From assembly GCA_963710755.1 (NCBI GenBank), contig CAVQBK010000003.1, positions 1,184,001 to 1,248,000 on the forward strand: 64,000 nucleotides of DNA, read 5' to 3'. Of this stretch, positions 26,772 to 36,611 are shown piece after piece. The DNA is from an uncultured bacterium. Its GTDB lineage: Bacteria > Oederibacteriota > JAAXVQ01 > JAUVAV01. The number at the start of each line of letters is the position of its first letter. The first letter of the stretch is position 1. The translations under genes and the position numbers were made by a program. The notes beneath the pieces were generated by a model. That model was not told where the DNA came from. It did no database searches and saw nothing but the letters and a program-made list of their open reading frames with translations.

Positions 26772-28148
26772 ATGGACGAGAAGACCAACTTAAGGGACAA
26801 ACAAGTGGTGGTGGTGGGATTGGCCCGCAGCGGTGCGGCGGCCTGCCGTCTGGCTGTGAAGCATGGAGCCCACGTCACGGCCATAGACCAAAAAGCAGCG
26901 GACCAGCTGGGCGAGACGATCGCGGCCATGGAAGCGCTGGGGGTTAAAGTGCTTTGTGGCGGCTTGCCAAAGGACGCTTTAACCAGTGCGGATCTGGTGG
27001 TCGTCTCGCCCGGGGTGCCCCTGAATCTGCCGGCACTGCTGGCGGCTAAAGAGGCTCAGGTGCCCATTATTTCCGAATTGGAATTGGGTGCGCGTTTTTG
27101 CAAGGCCACCATTGCGGCAGTTACTGGCACCAATGGTAAAACCACTACCGTGCATTTGTTGTACGAAATTTTAAAGGAGGCCGGACGACCCTGTGCGCTG
27201 GCCGGCAATGTGGGCCTGGCCTTCTGTGATGTGGCGGAGTCTCTGCCGGAAGACGGCATTGCCGTATTGGAAGTTTCCAGTTTTCAATTGGAAGCCATCG
27301 AAAGTTTTCGTCCTCAGGTGGCTGCTATTTTAAATATTACGCCCGACCATCTGGATCGCTATGAAAACATGCAGGCCTATGTAGAAGCCAAAGCTGCGAT
27401 TATGCGTTATCAAAAGCCCAAGGATGTGCTGGTGCTTAATGGTGAAGACAAATACACACCTTTGCTTTCCAACCAGGCCCCGGGCCGGGTGCTGACCTTT
27501 TCTTCCAAGCGTCCGCCGGAAATCGAAGGCTGCTGGGCCCAGGATGGCCGCATTTACTACCGTTATTTTGGACTGGGACAGAATGTCATGATGCTGGCTG
27601 ATGAACTGATTATCCCTGGTCAGCACAATCTGGAAAACGCCCTGGCGGCCACGGCCATGGCCCTGGCTCTGGCGGTGGAGCCTAAAATCATCGTTCAAGC
27701 GCTCAAACATTTTCGCAGTGTCCCTCACCGGTTGGAAATGGTCGGGAAGATTGGCGGTGTGGCCTATATCAACGACTCCAAGGCCACTAATGTGGACGCG
27801 GTCAGCAAAGCCTTGGAGAGTTTTCGCAAACCTATTATCCTCATCCTGGGCGGCCGTGATAAGCAAGGGGATTTCGCCATGCTCAATCCTCTTATCAACC
27901 GTTACTGCCGCGCCGTGGTGCTCATGGGTGAGGCCGCAGGTACTATTGAAGCCCAATTGCGTGTCTCCTGTCCGGTCAAGAAAGTCAAAAGCATGCAGGA
28001 GGCAGTACTTGAAGCCAGCCAAGTGGCTCAGCCGCAGGATGTTGTTCTTTTGTCTCCGGGCTGCGCCAGCTTTGATCAGTTTAAAAATTATGAACACCGG
28101 GGCGAAGAATTCGCCCGTCTGGTAAACGCTATGGAAGGGAACGGGTGA
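26772..28148 (+). CDS. murD: UDP-MurNAc-L-Ala--D-Glu ligase
   Basis: VGLARSG, VVSPG, TGTNGKTTT, EVSSFQLE, PDHLDRY, NDSKATN, SPGCASFDQF.NYE.RG; likely ATG at 26772 (ORF track starts at 26676). Confidence 0.95.
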   Translation: MDEKTNLRDKQVVVVGLARSGAAACRLAVKHGAHVTAIDQKAADQLGETIAAMEALGVKVLCGGLPKDALTSADLVVVSPGVPLNLPALLAAKEAQVPIISELELGARFCKATIAAVTGTNGKTTTVHLLYEILKEAGRPCALAGNVGLAFCDVAESLPEDGIAVLEVSSFQLEAIESFRPQVAAILNITPDHLDRYENMQAYVEAKAAIMRYQKPKDVLVLNGEDKYTPLLSNQAPGRVLTFSSKRPPEIEGCWAQDGRIYYRYFGLGQNVMMLADELIIPGQHNLENALAATAMALALAVEPKIIVQALKHFRSVPHRLEMVGKIGGVAYINDSKATNVDAVSKALESFRKPIILILGGRDKQGDFAMLNPLINRYCRAVVLMGEAAGTIEAQLRVSCPVKKVKSMQEAVLEASQVAQPQDVVLLSPGCASFDQFKNYEHRGEEFARLVNAMEGNG

Positions 28149-28155
28149 CCAGCCT

Positions 28156-29280
28156 ATGACTTTGCCGGCTGCCAGCAAGGATGGCAACATTGATATCGGC
28201 CTGTTAACGCTCACCTTAATATTGGTGGCCGTGGGGCTGATCATGGTCTATTCCTCTTCCACCATTCTGGCCATGAATGTTTACGGCGATTCCTATATTT
28301 TTATCAAGCGCCAATTGCTGTGGGCGCTTCTGGGTTTCGGCGCGCTTATGGTGGCCGCCCAAACGCCTTATGAAATTTATCGACGTTATGCCAAGGTGGC
28401 CTTGATCGTCACCGTGGCTTTGCTCATGGCCGTGCTGGTGCTCTCGATTGGTAAAACCGCAGGCGGCGCCCGGCGCTGGCTGGTGCTGGGGTCCTTTTCC
28501 TTTCAGCCTTCGGAACTGCTCAAAGTGGTGCTGGTATTGTATATGGCGGATGTGCTGGTTAAACGGCAAAAAGTATTAGGTTCCTTTGTGGAAGGCCTGC
28601 TGCCGCAGCTGGCGGTTATGGCGGGGTTGGCCGGCTTGCTCCTGGTGCAGCCGGATTTGGGGGCTGCCGTGATACTGATCGTGGTGGGTTGTATCATGCT
28701 ATATATGGCCGGCGCCAAATTTCAGCACTTGGCGGCTCTGGCTTTGTCGGCGTTACCGCTCTTTTTTTTCCTGGTGCTGCAGGTGGATTACCGCCGCCGC
28801 CGTTGGGATGCCTTTCTTAATCCCTGGCAGGAACCTTTGGGCAAGGGGTTTCAAATCGTGCAATCCTATCTGGCGCTGGGCAGCGGTGGACTTTGGGGCC
28901 GGGGACTCTGCGACAGTCAGCAAAAATTATTTTATTTGCCGGCGCCGCATACGGATTTTATCTTTAGCATTTTGGGTGAGGAGTTGGGCTTTGCGGGCAC
29001 TTTTATTTTACTGCTGCTCTTCGGCCTGTTATGCTGGCGCGGTCTGATGATTGCCAGGCGCTGTCCTGATTTGTTCGGTAAACTGCTGGCGCTGGGCCTG
29101 TCCCTGCTCATTGGCGTGCAAGCCTTGATCAATATGGGCGTGGTCACCGGGCTGATGCCTACCAAAGGCACGACCCTGCCGTTCATCAGCGCCGGAGGGT
29201 CGTCTTTGTTTTTTTCGCTGGTGGCGGTGGGGATGTTGCTCTCCGTGTCCAGAGTTCAAGTTAAGGCGGAGAGTAGATGA
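28156..29280 (+). CDS. ftsW: Septal peptidoglycan polymerase FtsW
   Basis: GA.RW, FQPSE..K, QPDLG, LPAPHTDFIFS..GEE.G, P.KG.TLPF.S.GGSS. Confidence 0.95.
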   Translation: MTLPAASKDGNIDIGLLTLTLILVAVGLIMVYSSSTILAMNVYGDSYIFIKRQLLWALLGFGALMVAAQTPYEIYRRYAKVALIVTVALLMAVLVLSIGKTAGGARRWLVLGSFSFQPSELLKVVLVLYMADVLVKRQKVLGSFVEGLLPQLAVMAGLAGLLLVQPDLGAAVILIVVGCIMLYMAGAKFQHLAALALSALPLFFFLVLQVDYRRRRWDAFLNPWQEPLGKGFQIVQSYLALGSGGLWGRGLCDSQQKLFYLPAPHTDFIFSILGEELGFAGTFILLLLFGLLCWRGLMIARRCPDLFGKLLALGLSLLIGVQALINMGVVTGLMPTKGTTLPFISAGGSSLFFSLVAVGMLLSVSRVQVKAESR

Positions 29281-30383
29281 CCGCGGCATTTGGTTTTTGC
29301 GGCGGCGGCACAGGCGGCCATATTTTCCCGGCCTTGGCTGTTGTGCGGGCGTTGCAAAAGCTGCAGCCTGAGGCGGCTATTGCTTATTTTGGAAAAAGCA
29401 CGGGCATGGAATCGCGTATTGTGCCCCAGCAGGGATTGGCTTTCTACGGATTGGAAGTGACCGGGTTGTCACGCAGTCTGTCGGTAGGGAATTTAAAAAC
29501 CCTGTGGCAAGCCGGCATGGCCTATGGCACGGCCAGGAAGATTCTGAAGCAATTAAGAATCAATGCGGTTTTGGGCACGGGTGGTTTTGTTTGTGGCCCG
29601 GTGATTACTGCGGCCGCCAGCCTGCGCATACCCAGTGTTATTCATGAAAGTAATGCGGTTCCGGGATTGACCAATCGCCTTTTGGGATCACTGGCCAGTA
29701 AAGTGGCGGTAAGCCATACCATTACAGCCCGTTATTTTGATGAGAACAAGATCGTCCATACCGGATTTCCTTTGCGCGAAGGCTTGAGTGCCACCCGGAC
29801 GGAGGCGTTGTACAGTCAATTTGGTCTGACGCCCGATAAAATCACGGTGTTTATATTTCCAGGCAGCCTGGCAGCCAGAAAGATCAACAAGACTATTATT
29901 GATCTGGTGCCTCAGCTGAAAAACAGCCTGCCCCAGGTTCAATTTCTATGGATGACGGGTAAAGCTGATTTTGCTTGGGTGAACAAAGCCTGCGAAACTC
30001 AAGGGCTGGCGGCTTCGGTGCATGAGTTTATTGATGATGTACCCGCAGCCCTGGCTATTACGGATTTGGTGATCGCCCGGGCCGGAGCGGGCACGGTAGC
30101 GGAAATTTCCGCTACCGGAAAACCGGCCATCCTGGTGCCTTATCCTTATGCTACCGGAGACCACCAAACCAAGAATGCCATGATTCTGCAAAAAGCGGGC
30201 ATGGCCCGTATGGTGAAAGACGGTCAACTTCACGGTAAATTGCTTTTTTCCGAGCTCCGGCGCATGTTGGATCATTTGGATGCCTTGACCGAATGTGCTG
30301 AGGTGTGGAAGCACCATTATCCCAAAGATGCAGCCCACCAATTGGCACAATTAATGGTGGAGCTGGGGGAACGCAAGAAGTAG
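29277..30383 (+). CDS. murG: Undecaprenyl-PP-MurNAc-pentapeptide GlcNAc transferase
   Basis: GGGTGGHIFPA, GTGGFV, HESN..PG..N, RAGAGT..E, VPYP, HQ..NA. Confidence 0.95.
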   Translation: MTAAFGFCGGGTGGHIFPALAVVRALQKLQPEAAIAYFGKSTGMESRIVPQQGLAFYGLEVTGLSRSLSVGNLKTLWQAGMAYGTARKILKQLRINAVLGTGGFVCGPVITAAASLRIPSVIHESNAVPGLTNRLLGSLASKVAVSHTITARYFDENKIVHTGFPLREGLSATRTEALYSQFGLTPDKITVFIFPGSLAARKINKTIIDLVPQLKNSLPQVQFLWMTGKADFAWVNKACETQGLAASVHEFIDDVPAALAITDLVIARAGAGTVAEISATGKPAILVPYPYATGDHQTKNAMILQKAGMARMVKDGQLHGKLLFSELRRMLDHLDALTECAEVWKHHYPKDAAHQLAQLMVELGERKK

Positions 30384-30443
30384 CCCGCGGCCAAGGGGGG
30401 GGAGGGTGTGGTCCTCCGGGCCAGGACGATCAGGATGGTGAAA

Positions 30444-30534
30444 GGCGAAAGAACGCCAAGGCGCCAAGGAAAGTAAAAAACGTTAATCTTTGGCGGGTTT
30501 AGTCTTTCTTTGCGGAATAGCGGCTTGGCGTGAG
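30444..30534. repeat. Inverted-repeat element, family A
   Basis: ACGCCAAGGCGCCAAG ... CTTTGCGG..GCGGCTTGGCGTGAG between murG and murC. Confidence 0.6.
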
Positions 30535-30588
30535 ATGAATTTTAGTCCAATTAGACAAGATTAGACTATAGCGGTTACGAGGTTGGAT

Positions 30589-31971
30589 ATGAAACATCAG
30601 CAAAAAATTCATTTTGTGGGTATTGGCGGTTCAGGCATGAGCGGCATTGCCGAAGTCCTGCTTAATCTGGGCTACCGCGTCACCGGCTCTGATTTGAAAC
30701 CCTCGGATATCACGCAGCGCCTAAAGCGACAGGGGGCCAAAGTGATGATCGGTCATCGCTCCGATCAATTGCCGGAAGGCACGGACATTGTCGTGGTCTC
30801 CAACGCGGTGCCTGATACCAATCCGGAGATTATCGAAGCCAGGGAACGGGGTGTTCCCGTGATTCCGCGGGCACTTATTCTCAATGACCTTATGCGTCTC
30901 AAACAGGGGGTGGCGATTGCCGGCACCCATGGCAAAACCACGACAACGTCCATGGTGGCCTGGATTCTTTCCAAAGCCGGTCTTGATCCCACGATGGTTA
31001 TTGGCGGCATTCTGAATAATTTTGCCCAAGGGGCCCGTATGGGCAAAGGCGACTACTTTGTAGTGGAGGCCTGTGAAGCTTATTCTTCATTCTTGCATTT
31101 AACGCCCAATGCCGTGGCGGTGACCAATGTGGATGACGACCACCTGGAGAATTACGGTTCCCGCGCGGCCTTGGATGAAGCCTTTGTCAATTTCATTAAT
31201 CGCGTTCCCTTTTGGGGTGTGGCGGTTATCAATGCCGATGATCCTGGCTTACAGGCACTGCTGCCGCGCCTGGTGGGCCGGGTGGTAACCTATGGGTTTG
31301 CTGCAGAGGCCGAGCTCCGGGGGCGCGATGTGGTGGTCTCCGCCATGAACCAACATTTCATGGTGGTCAGGAAAAACCGCCGGCTGGGCCGGATCAAGCT
31401 TAATCTGCCGGGCCGCTTCAATGTGCAAAATGCCCTGGCGGCCATCGGCCTGAGCCTGGAACTAAATGTGCCTTTCGCGGTGATCCAGGAAGCCTTGGCG
31501 GAATTTACAGGTGTCCAGCGGCGCTTTGAACGCAAGGGGGACTACCATGGCGCCCAGATTGTGGATGATTACGCCCATCATCCCACAGAACTGGAAGCCA
31601 CCTTGCAGGCTGCCCGATCTTTGGAACCGGCGCGGTTAATCGCTGTTTTTCAGCCCCATCTTTTCAGCCGTACCCAGCGTTTATACAAAGCTTTTGCGCG
31701 GGCTTTGAACCTGGCCGACCTGGTCTTTTTGGCGGACATTTATCCTGCCCGGGAGCAGCCTATTCCCGCAGTTTCGGCCCAACTGGTGGCAGACCAGTTG
31801 GCGCTGGATGGACATACAGTGCAAGCCGGACCCATGCCCTGGGCCGAGTTGGTGGATCCTATAAAAAAAATCTTACAACCTGGGGACATGCTGATTACCC
31901 TAGGTGCCGGTGATATCTGGAAATTAGGCAGAGAGCTTCTGAAAAATAAACGAAAAAAATCCAGTACATAA
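30589..31971 (+). CDS. murC: UDP-N-acetylmuramate--L-alanine ligase
   Basis: IHFVGIGGSGMSGIA, AGTHGKTTTT, F.GV.RRFE, DDYAHHPTE, FQPH.FSRT, GAGDI. Confidence 0.97.
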   Translation: MKHQQKIHFVGIGGSGMSGIAEVLLNLGYRVTGSDLKPSDITQRLKRQGAKVMIGHRSDQLPEGTDIVVVSNAVPDTNPEIIEARERGVPVIPRALILNDLMRLKQGVAIAGTHGKTTTTSMVAWILSKAGLDPTMVIGGILNNFAQGARMGKGDYFVVEACEAYSSFLHLTPNAVAVTNVDDDHLENYGSRAALDEAFVNFINRVPFWGVAVINADDPGLQALLPRLVGRVVTYGFAAEAELRGRDVVVSAMNQHFMVVRKNRRLGRIKLNLPGRFNVQNALAAIGLSLELNVPFAVIQEALAEFTGVQRRFERKGDYHGAQIVDDYAHHPTELEATLQAARSLEPARLIAVFQPHLFSRTQRLYKAFARALNLADLVFLADIYPAREQPIPAVSAQLVADQLALDGHTVQAGPMPWAELVDPIKKILQPGDMLITLGAGDIWKLGRELLKNKRKKSST

Positions 31972-31981
31972 GGAGAAGCCA

Positions 31982-32170
31982 ATGGAACGATCATCAAAAA
32001 AACCATTGCAGGCCAGTCTGGAACCGCAGAAGGTCAGCCAAGGCGCGCAAATCAGACATGACAAGCCGGCCGGCCATGGCCGGGTAAAATCGTGTCTGGT
32101 GTTTTCACTGAAACCCAGAAACAGCATGGGCATGCGCCGGCTGCGGATAAATGCTGAGTTAGAGGACTAA
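31982..32170 (+). pseudogene. Short ORF at the usual murB position; possible murB remnant or small hypothetical protein
   Basis: 62 aa ORF with AAGGAG RBS between murC and ddl; only weak by-eye resemblance to MurB termini. Confidence 0.25.
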
Positions 32171-32176
32171 ACACCA

Positions 32177-33118
32177 ATGAAGGACATGAGCGCCATGCTC
32201 AAACAACTTAAAAACAAACACCTGGTGGTGGTCATGGGCGGCACAGCTGCGGAGCGGGAAATTTCCCTGCTTACCGGTCAAGCCATACTCAAAGCCCTGC
32301 GCAATCTGCACCTCAAGGTTACGGGGCTGGATATCAGGACTCCCCAGGCTCTAATGAAAATAGTGGCGCTCAAACCCAAGGTGGTAATCAATGCGCTCCA
32401 CGGCCCGGGCGGGGAAGACGGCCGGCTGCAGGGATTTCTGGAATGGTTCGGGATTCCTTATACCGGCTCAGGCGTGTTGGCTTCGGCCCTGGCCATGGAC
32501 AAGCACCGGGCCAAGACTATGATGCAGGCTGCCGGACTGCCTACAGCACCGTGGTTGTTTATGGAAAAAACGCTAGGGGCCTGGCCGAAGTCGTTGACTT
32601 GGCCGGTGGTGGTTAAACCCAATAGCCAAGGTTCCGCCATCGGGGTGAGCCTGGTGGGCAAACGCAGCCAGCTCCAAGCAGCGTTGAATCAGGCACTGCG
32701 TTTTGGTCAGAGCGTGGTGGTGGAAAAATACATCAAGGGCAAAGAGATCTCTATCGGCGTGGTGCAGGGTCAGGCCCTGCCGGTGATCGAGATTGTGCCT
32801 AAAAAAGCTTTTTATGACTATGAGGCAAAATATGTAGCCGGCATGTCGGATCATATCATTCCCGCCCGTTTGTCAGCAGCCAAAACCAAAGAGGTTCAGG
32901 CTCTGGCCGAGCGGACGGTCCAAGTGTTTGGTTGCCAAGGCACGCCGCGTATTGATATGATTGTGGCGCCAACAGGTAAAGTCTTTATTTTGGAAATCAA
33001 TACCCTGCCGGGAATGACGGCCACCAGTCTCTTGCCCGAGTCCGCCGCTCAGGCTGGGTACAGCTTTGAGGCGCTGGTACTCCATCTGGTTGTGGATGCG
33101 CTTGGGCAGGCACGATGA
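32177..33118 (+). CDS. ddl: D-alanine--D-alanine ligase
   Basis: GG...EREISL.TG, LHG..GEDG.LQG, PYTGSG, KPN.QGSAIG, FYDYEAKY, EINTLPGMT..SL.P. Confidence 0.96.
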   Translation: MKDMSAMLKQLKNKHLVVVMGGTAAEREISLLTGQAILKALRNLHLKVTGLDIRTPQALMKIVALKPKVVINALHGPGGEDGRLQGFLEWFGIPYTGSGVLASALAMDKHRAKTMMQAAGLPTAPWLFMEKTLGAWPKSLTWPVVVKPNSQGSAIGVSLVGKRSQLQAALNQALRFGQSVVVEKYIKGKEISIGVVQGQALPVIEIVPKKAFYDYEAKYVAGMSDHIIPARLSAAKTKEVQALAERTVQVFGCQGTPRIDMIVAPTGKVFILEINTLPGMTATSLLPESAAQAGYSFEALVLHLVVDALGQAR

Positions 33119-33978
33119 GCAGGGTTTATGGATGGCGCTATGCCCATGACACCCAGGGCCAGGGCAGCGTCAAAAGAAAAAAGAACGTTCGGAAAAACAG
33201 CTATGTCCGCTCTGAGCGCAAGCCCTCCAGCCGACCGCCGGCCGGACAGGTACGCCAGTATTATAAAGCTCAGAAGATGGCGCCGCCCAGCATGGGGGTG
33301 TTGAATAAAAGCGGACGTTACGTGGTGGCCTTAATGCTAGTGCTGATTAGCCTGACGGTGGTGAGTAAGGAGCCGCTTTTAAAGGGCCTGATCTGGAATC
33401 AAGTGGGCAACTGGGGTGCTCAACTCCGGACTGCGATCAAGCCCGATCACAGGAACAAAGCTGTGTCCAAGAGGCCGGCTCCCAACGCTGTGGCTGCACC
33501 GCAACCTGTGGCCGGGTCGTTGTCTGAAACGCCGGCTGTGGCCAGGGAAAGAGCCAAGCCGCTGGCTTTGATTGCGGACCAGGGTTTGTTTCTGCTCGAT
33601 AGCAATGGCCAAATATGGCCTTTGGGCCATGATCAGGCAGTGGACGTATTGCCTGTGGTAACAGGCGTACGCCTTAAGGAAATGCCTGGTGCAATGGGTG
33701 TGGTGCTCACCGGGGAGGTGGACACGGCGGTGGTGAAGACCATTCTGGCCCAACCATTTAGCGATCAATTATCAGAGTTGCATTTTAACAATCACGACCT
33801 GATTTTATACACACGGGACGGCATTAAAATTAAAATGAATCCGGCCCGGCATCTGTACAAGGATTTGGTACGACTACAGGCGGTGTTGGGCGATCTACGG
33901 GCGAAAGCCCGGCAAATTGCATCCATTGATATGCGTTATGACCAACAACTGGTGGTACGGCCGGTTGGCCGGAGGTGA
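33115..33978 (+). CDS. ftsQ: FtsQ/DivIB-like cell division protein (divergent)
   Basis: Basic N-tail, one TM, ER.KP.A, LD.NG, LPVVTG and C-terminal IDMRYDQQLVVRP; located between ddl and ftsA. Confidence 0.7.
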   Translation: MSRVYGWRYAHDTQGQGSVKRKKNVRKNSYVRSERKPSSRPPAGQVRQYYKAQKMAPPSMGVLNKSGRYVVALMLVLISLTVVSKEPLLKGLIWNQVGNWGAQLRTAIKPDHRNKAVSKRPAPNAVAAPQPVAGSLSETPAVARERAKPLALIADQGLFLLDSNGQIWPLGHDQAVDVLPVVTGVRLKEMPGAMGVVLTGEVDTAVVKTILAQPFSDQLSELHFNNHDLILYTRDGIKIKMNPARHLYKDLVRLQAVLGDLRAKARQIASIDMRYDQQLVVRPVGRR

Positions 33979-33983
33979 AGAGC

Positions 33984-35228
33984 ATGACAAAAGACCAGCA
34001 TGATAATTTGATTGTGGGACTGGACTTGGGCACCACCAAAATCTGTGCAGTGATTGCGGAAGTACTGGAGAGCGGTACCATCAATGTCATTGGTATGGGT
34101 CTGCAGCCTTCGCGGGGTCTGCGTAAAGGTGTGGTGGTTAATATAGAAAACACCATCGAGTCCGTTAAAAGTGCAGTGGCCGACGCCGAGCGCATGGCCG
34201 GGGTCAAGGTGGGCTCGGTCTTCACCGGCATTGCCGGGGGGCATATCCGCGGTATTAATTCCCACGGGGTCATTGCGGCCTCACGCAAGGACAAGGAGAT
34301 TACCCGGGAAGACGTGGACCGCGTCATCGATGCGGCCAAAGCCATTGCGCTGCCTCTGGACAGGGAAGTGATTCATGTCATTCCGCAGGAGTTCATCATC
34401 GACAACCAGGATGGCATTAAGGAGCCGATCGGCATGTCAGGGGTACGTTTGGAGGCGGAAGTGCATATTGTGACCGGCGCAGTCACCAGTGTGCAGAACA
34501 TCATCAAAAGTGTGGAACGGGCCGGGTATGCCGTGGAGGATATTGTGCTTCAGCCTCTGGCCAGTTCTGAGGCGGTTCTTACCCAGGATGAAAAGGATTT
34601 GGGCGTGGTGCTGGTGGACATTGGCGGGGGCACCACGGATTTGGCCATTTTTGTGGATGGGTCATTGTGGCATTCTTCAGTGATTACCATCGGGGGCAAT
34701 CAGTTGACCACCGATGTCGCCATCGGCCTGCGTACGCCCAATGATGAGGCCGAAGAGATCAAACGTCAATGGGGCTGCGCCAAACTTACCATGGTGGAGG
34801 AAGGCCAGGAAATTTTAGTGGCCGGTGTCGGCGGCCGGCCACCCAAAACCATGTCCCGGCGGGCTTTGGTGGAGATCATTCAGCCTCGCATGGAGGAGCT
34901 CTTGGAGCTTATTGATTTGGAAATCAAAAAGAACGGCTTTGAAGAAAAAGCCGCGGCCGGTGTGGTGCTGACCGGAGGTTCGTCCCTGCTGGAAGGCACC
35001 CAGGAATTGGCTGAGGAGATTCTGCAGGTGCCGGTGCGGATCGGAGCACCCCGCAACATTACGGGCATGATCGACACGGTCACGTCTCCCAAATTTGCGA
35101 CGGCCGTGGGACTGGTGGCCTACGGTGCCAAGAGCCGGCGCCTGGACGGGCCGCGCTTTACCAATGAACAGAATTTATTCGCTCGCACTTTGGAACGGAT
35201 GAAGGAATGGTTTTCCGATTATTTTTAG
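33984..35228 (+). CDS. ftsA: Cell division protein FtsA
   Basis: GLDLGTTKI, GLRKGVVVN, P.GMSGVRLE, DIGGGTTD, VLTGG.S; GGAGG RBS. Confidence 0.97.
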   Translation: MTKDQHDNLIVGLDLGTTKICAVIAEVLESGTINVIGMGLQPSRGLRKGVVVNIENTIESVKSAVADAERMAGVKVGSVFTGIAGGHIRGINSHGVIAASRKDKEITREDVDRVIDAAKAIALPLDREVIHVIPQEFIIDNQDGIKEPIGMSGVRLEAEVHIVTGAVTSVQNIIKSVERAGYAVEDIVLQPLASSEAVLTQDEKDLGVVLVDIGGGTTDLAIFVDGSLWHSSVITIGGNQLTTDVAIGLRTPNDEAEEIKRQWGCAKLTMVEEGQEILVAGVGGRPPKTMSRRALVEIIQPRMEELLELIDLEIKKNGFEEKAAAGVVLTGGSSLLEGTQELAEEILQVPVRIGAPRNITGMIDTVTSPKFATAVGLVAYGAKSRRLDGPRFTNEQNLFARTLERMKEWFSDYF

Positions 35229-35260
35229 ACTGATCCAACAGAGCCGGGAAAATGTTATAG

Positions 35261-35363
35261 CTCACGCATACCCTTCGGGCACAAACAGCCACGAAGTCCG
35301 CAAAGGTAAAGGTCTTGTGACCAGGGTTTGTCCTTCTTTGCGCCTTGGCGGACTTTGCGTGAG
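35261..35363. repeat. Inverted-repeat element, family A
   Basis: CTCACGCA ... CTTTGCGCCTTGGCGGACTTTGCGTGAG between ftsA and ftsZ. Confidence 0.65.
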
Positions 35364-35456
35364 TGGATGATCTACCCAAAAAAACGCCGATCTTGCTAAC
35401 GCAGGATCAAAGGCTTGCTGCACCACTGTGGTCAGCGGCCAAAAGGAGGTAACGCC

Positions 35457-36611
35457 ATGCGGTTTGAAATGATGGATGACGATGTCACGGCATTATCAGC
35501 AAAAATAAAAGTGGTCGGCGTGGGCGGCGCCGGTAACAACGCGGTCAATCGCATGATTGATATCGGTATCCGCGGCGTGGAGTATGTGGCTGTTAACACC
35601 GATTATCAGGATCTGCTCAGTTCCAACGCACCCGTGAAAATCCAAATCGGCAAACAGCTCACCAGTGGTCTGGGTGCAGGCGCCCAGCCGGAAGCAGGAC
35701 GCAAAGCTGCCCTGGAAAGCGAGAACGAGATTGCCACGGCTATTGCGGGCGCACACATGGTATTTATCACGGCCGGTCTGGGCGGCGGCACGGGCACAGG
35801 CGCAGCCCCGGTCATTGCCGAGATTGCCAGGAAGCAAGGATCACTGACGGTGGCCGTGGTCACCAGGCCTTTTGTTTTTGAAGGCCGCACCCGCAAGGAA
35901 CAGGCGGATCAGGGCCTGAACGCCTTGAAAGACGTGGTGGACACGGTGATCACGGTGCCCAATGAACGTTTGCTGCAGGTGGTGAATAAACAAACCTCCC
36001 TAGTGGATTCCTTTAAATATGCTGATGACATTTTACGCCAGGCCGTACAGAGCATTGCGGAACTAATCACCGTACCGGGTACTATTAACCTGGATTTTGC
36101 CGATATCCGCACCATCATGGCCGGTATGGGCGCTGCGTTGATGGGCACCGGTGTGGGCACCGGCGAACAGCGAGCTTTAAAAGCAGCCACCGAGGCTATG
36201 AGCAGTCCGCTGCTGGAAGACACGGCCATTGGCGGTGCCAAAGGCCTGCTTATCAATATTACCGGCGGCAAGACGCTGACCCTGCACGAAGTCAGCGAAG
36301 CCTCCACTGCCATTTATGAAGCTGCCGGCAAAAACGCCAATGTCATTTTTGGTACGGTGATTGACGAGAATCTCAATGACGAAGTTAAAGTTACGGTGAT
36401 TGCCACGGGCTTTGAACAAAGCGACTTTAAATCGGAATCATCGGGCCTGCGTTACAAAAAAAACAAGGATATCGATTTGAGCCTCTTTCTGAAAAACAAG
36501 GATTTTCAGAAAAAAGTAAGTGCTGCTGAAGGAGGTTATGGGGAACCCCAATGGGATGAATCCGATTTGGATATCCCGACTTTTCTAAGAAGAAAATTAG
36601 AGGTGAAATAA
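35457..36611 (+). CDS. ftsZ: Cell division protein FtsZ
   Basis: [20 protein letters not shown] tubulin signature, INLDFAD, C-terminal DIPTFLRR; AAGGAGG RBS before the ATG at 35457. Confidence 0.98.
   Translation: MRFEMMDDDVTALSAKIKVVGVGGAGNNAVNRMIDIGIRGVEYVAVNTDYQDLLSSNAPVKIQIGKQLTSGLGAGAQPEAGRKAALESENEIATAIAGAHMVFITAGLGGGTGTGAAPVIAEIARKQGSLTVAVVTRPFVFEGRTRKEQADQGLNALKDVVDTVITVPNERLLQVVNKQTSLVDSFKYADDILRQAVQSIAELITVPGTINLDFADIRTIMAGMGAALMGTGVGTGEQRALKAATEAMSSPLLEDTAIGGAKGLLINITGGKTLTLHEVSEASTAIYEAAGKNANVIFGTVIDENLNDEVKVTVIATGFEQSDFKSESSGLRYKKNKDIDLSLFLKNKDFQKKVSAAEGGYGEPQWDESDLDIPTFLRRKLEVK

Noticed and set aside
27330-28244. Long antisense ORFs (e.g. 27330-28244, 22108-22965, 51200-51916, 12862-13506, 60726-61334)
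   Set aside because: They overlap well-supported + strand genes completely or largely and have no recognisable motifs; they are shadow ORFs.
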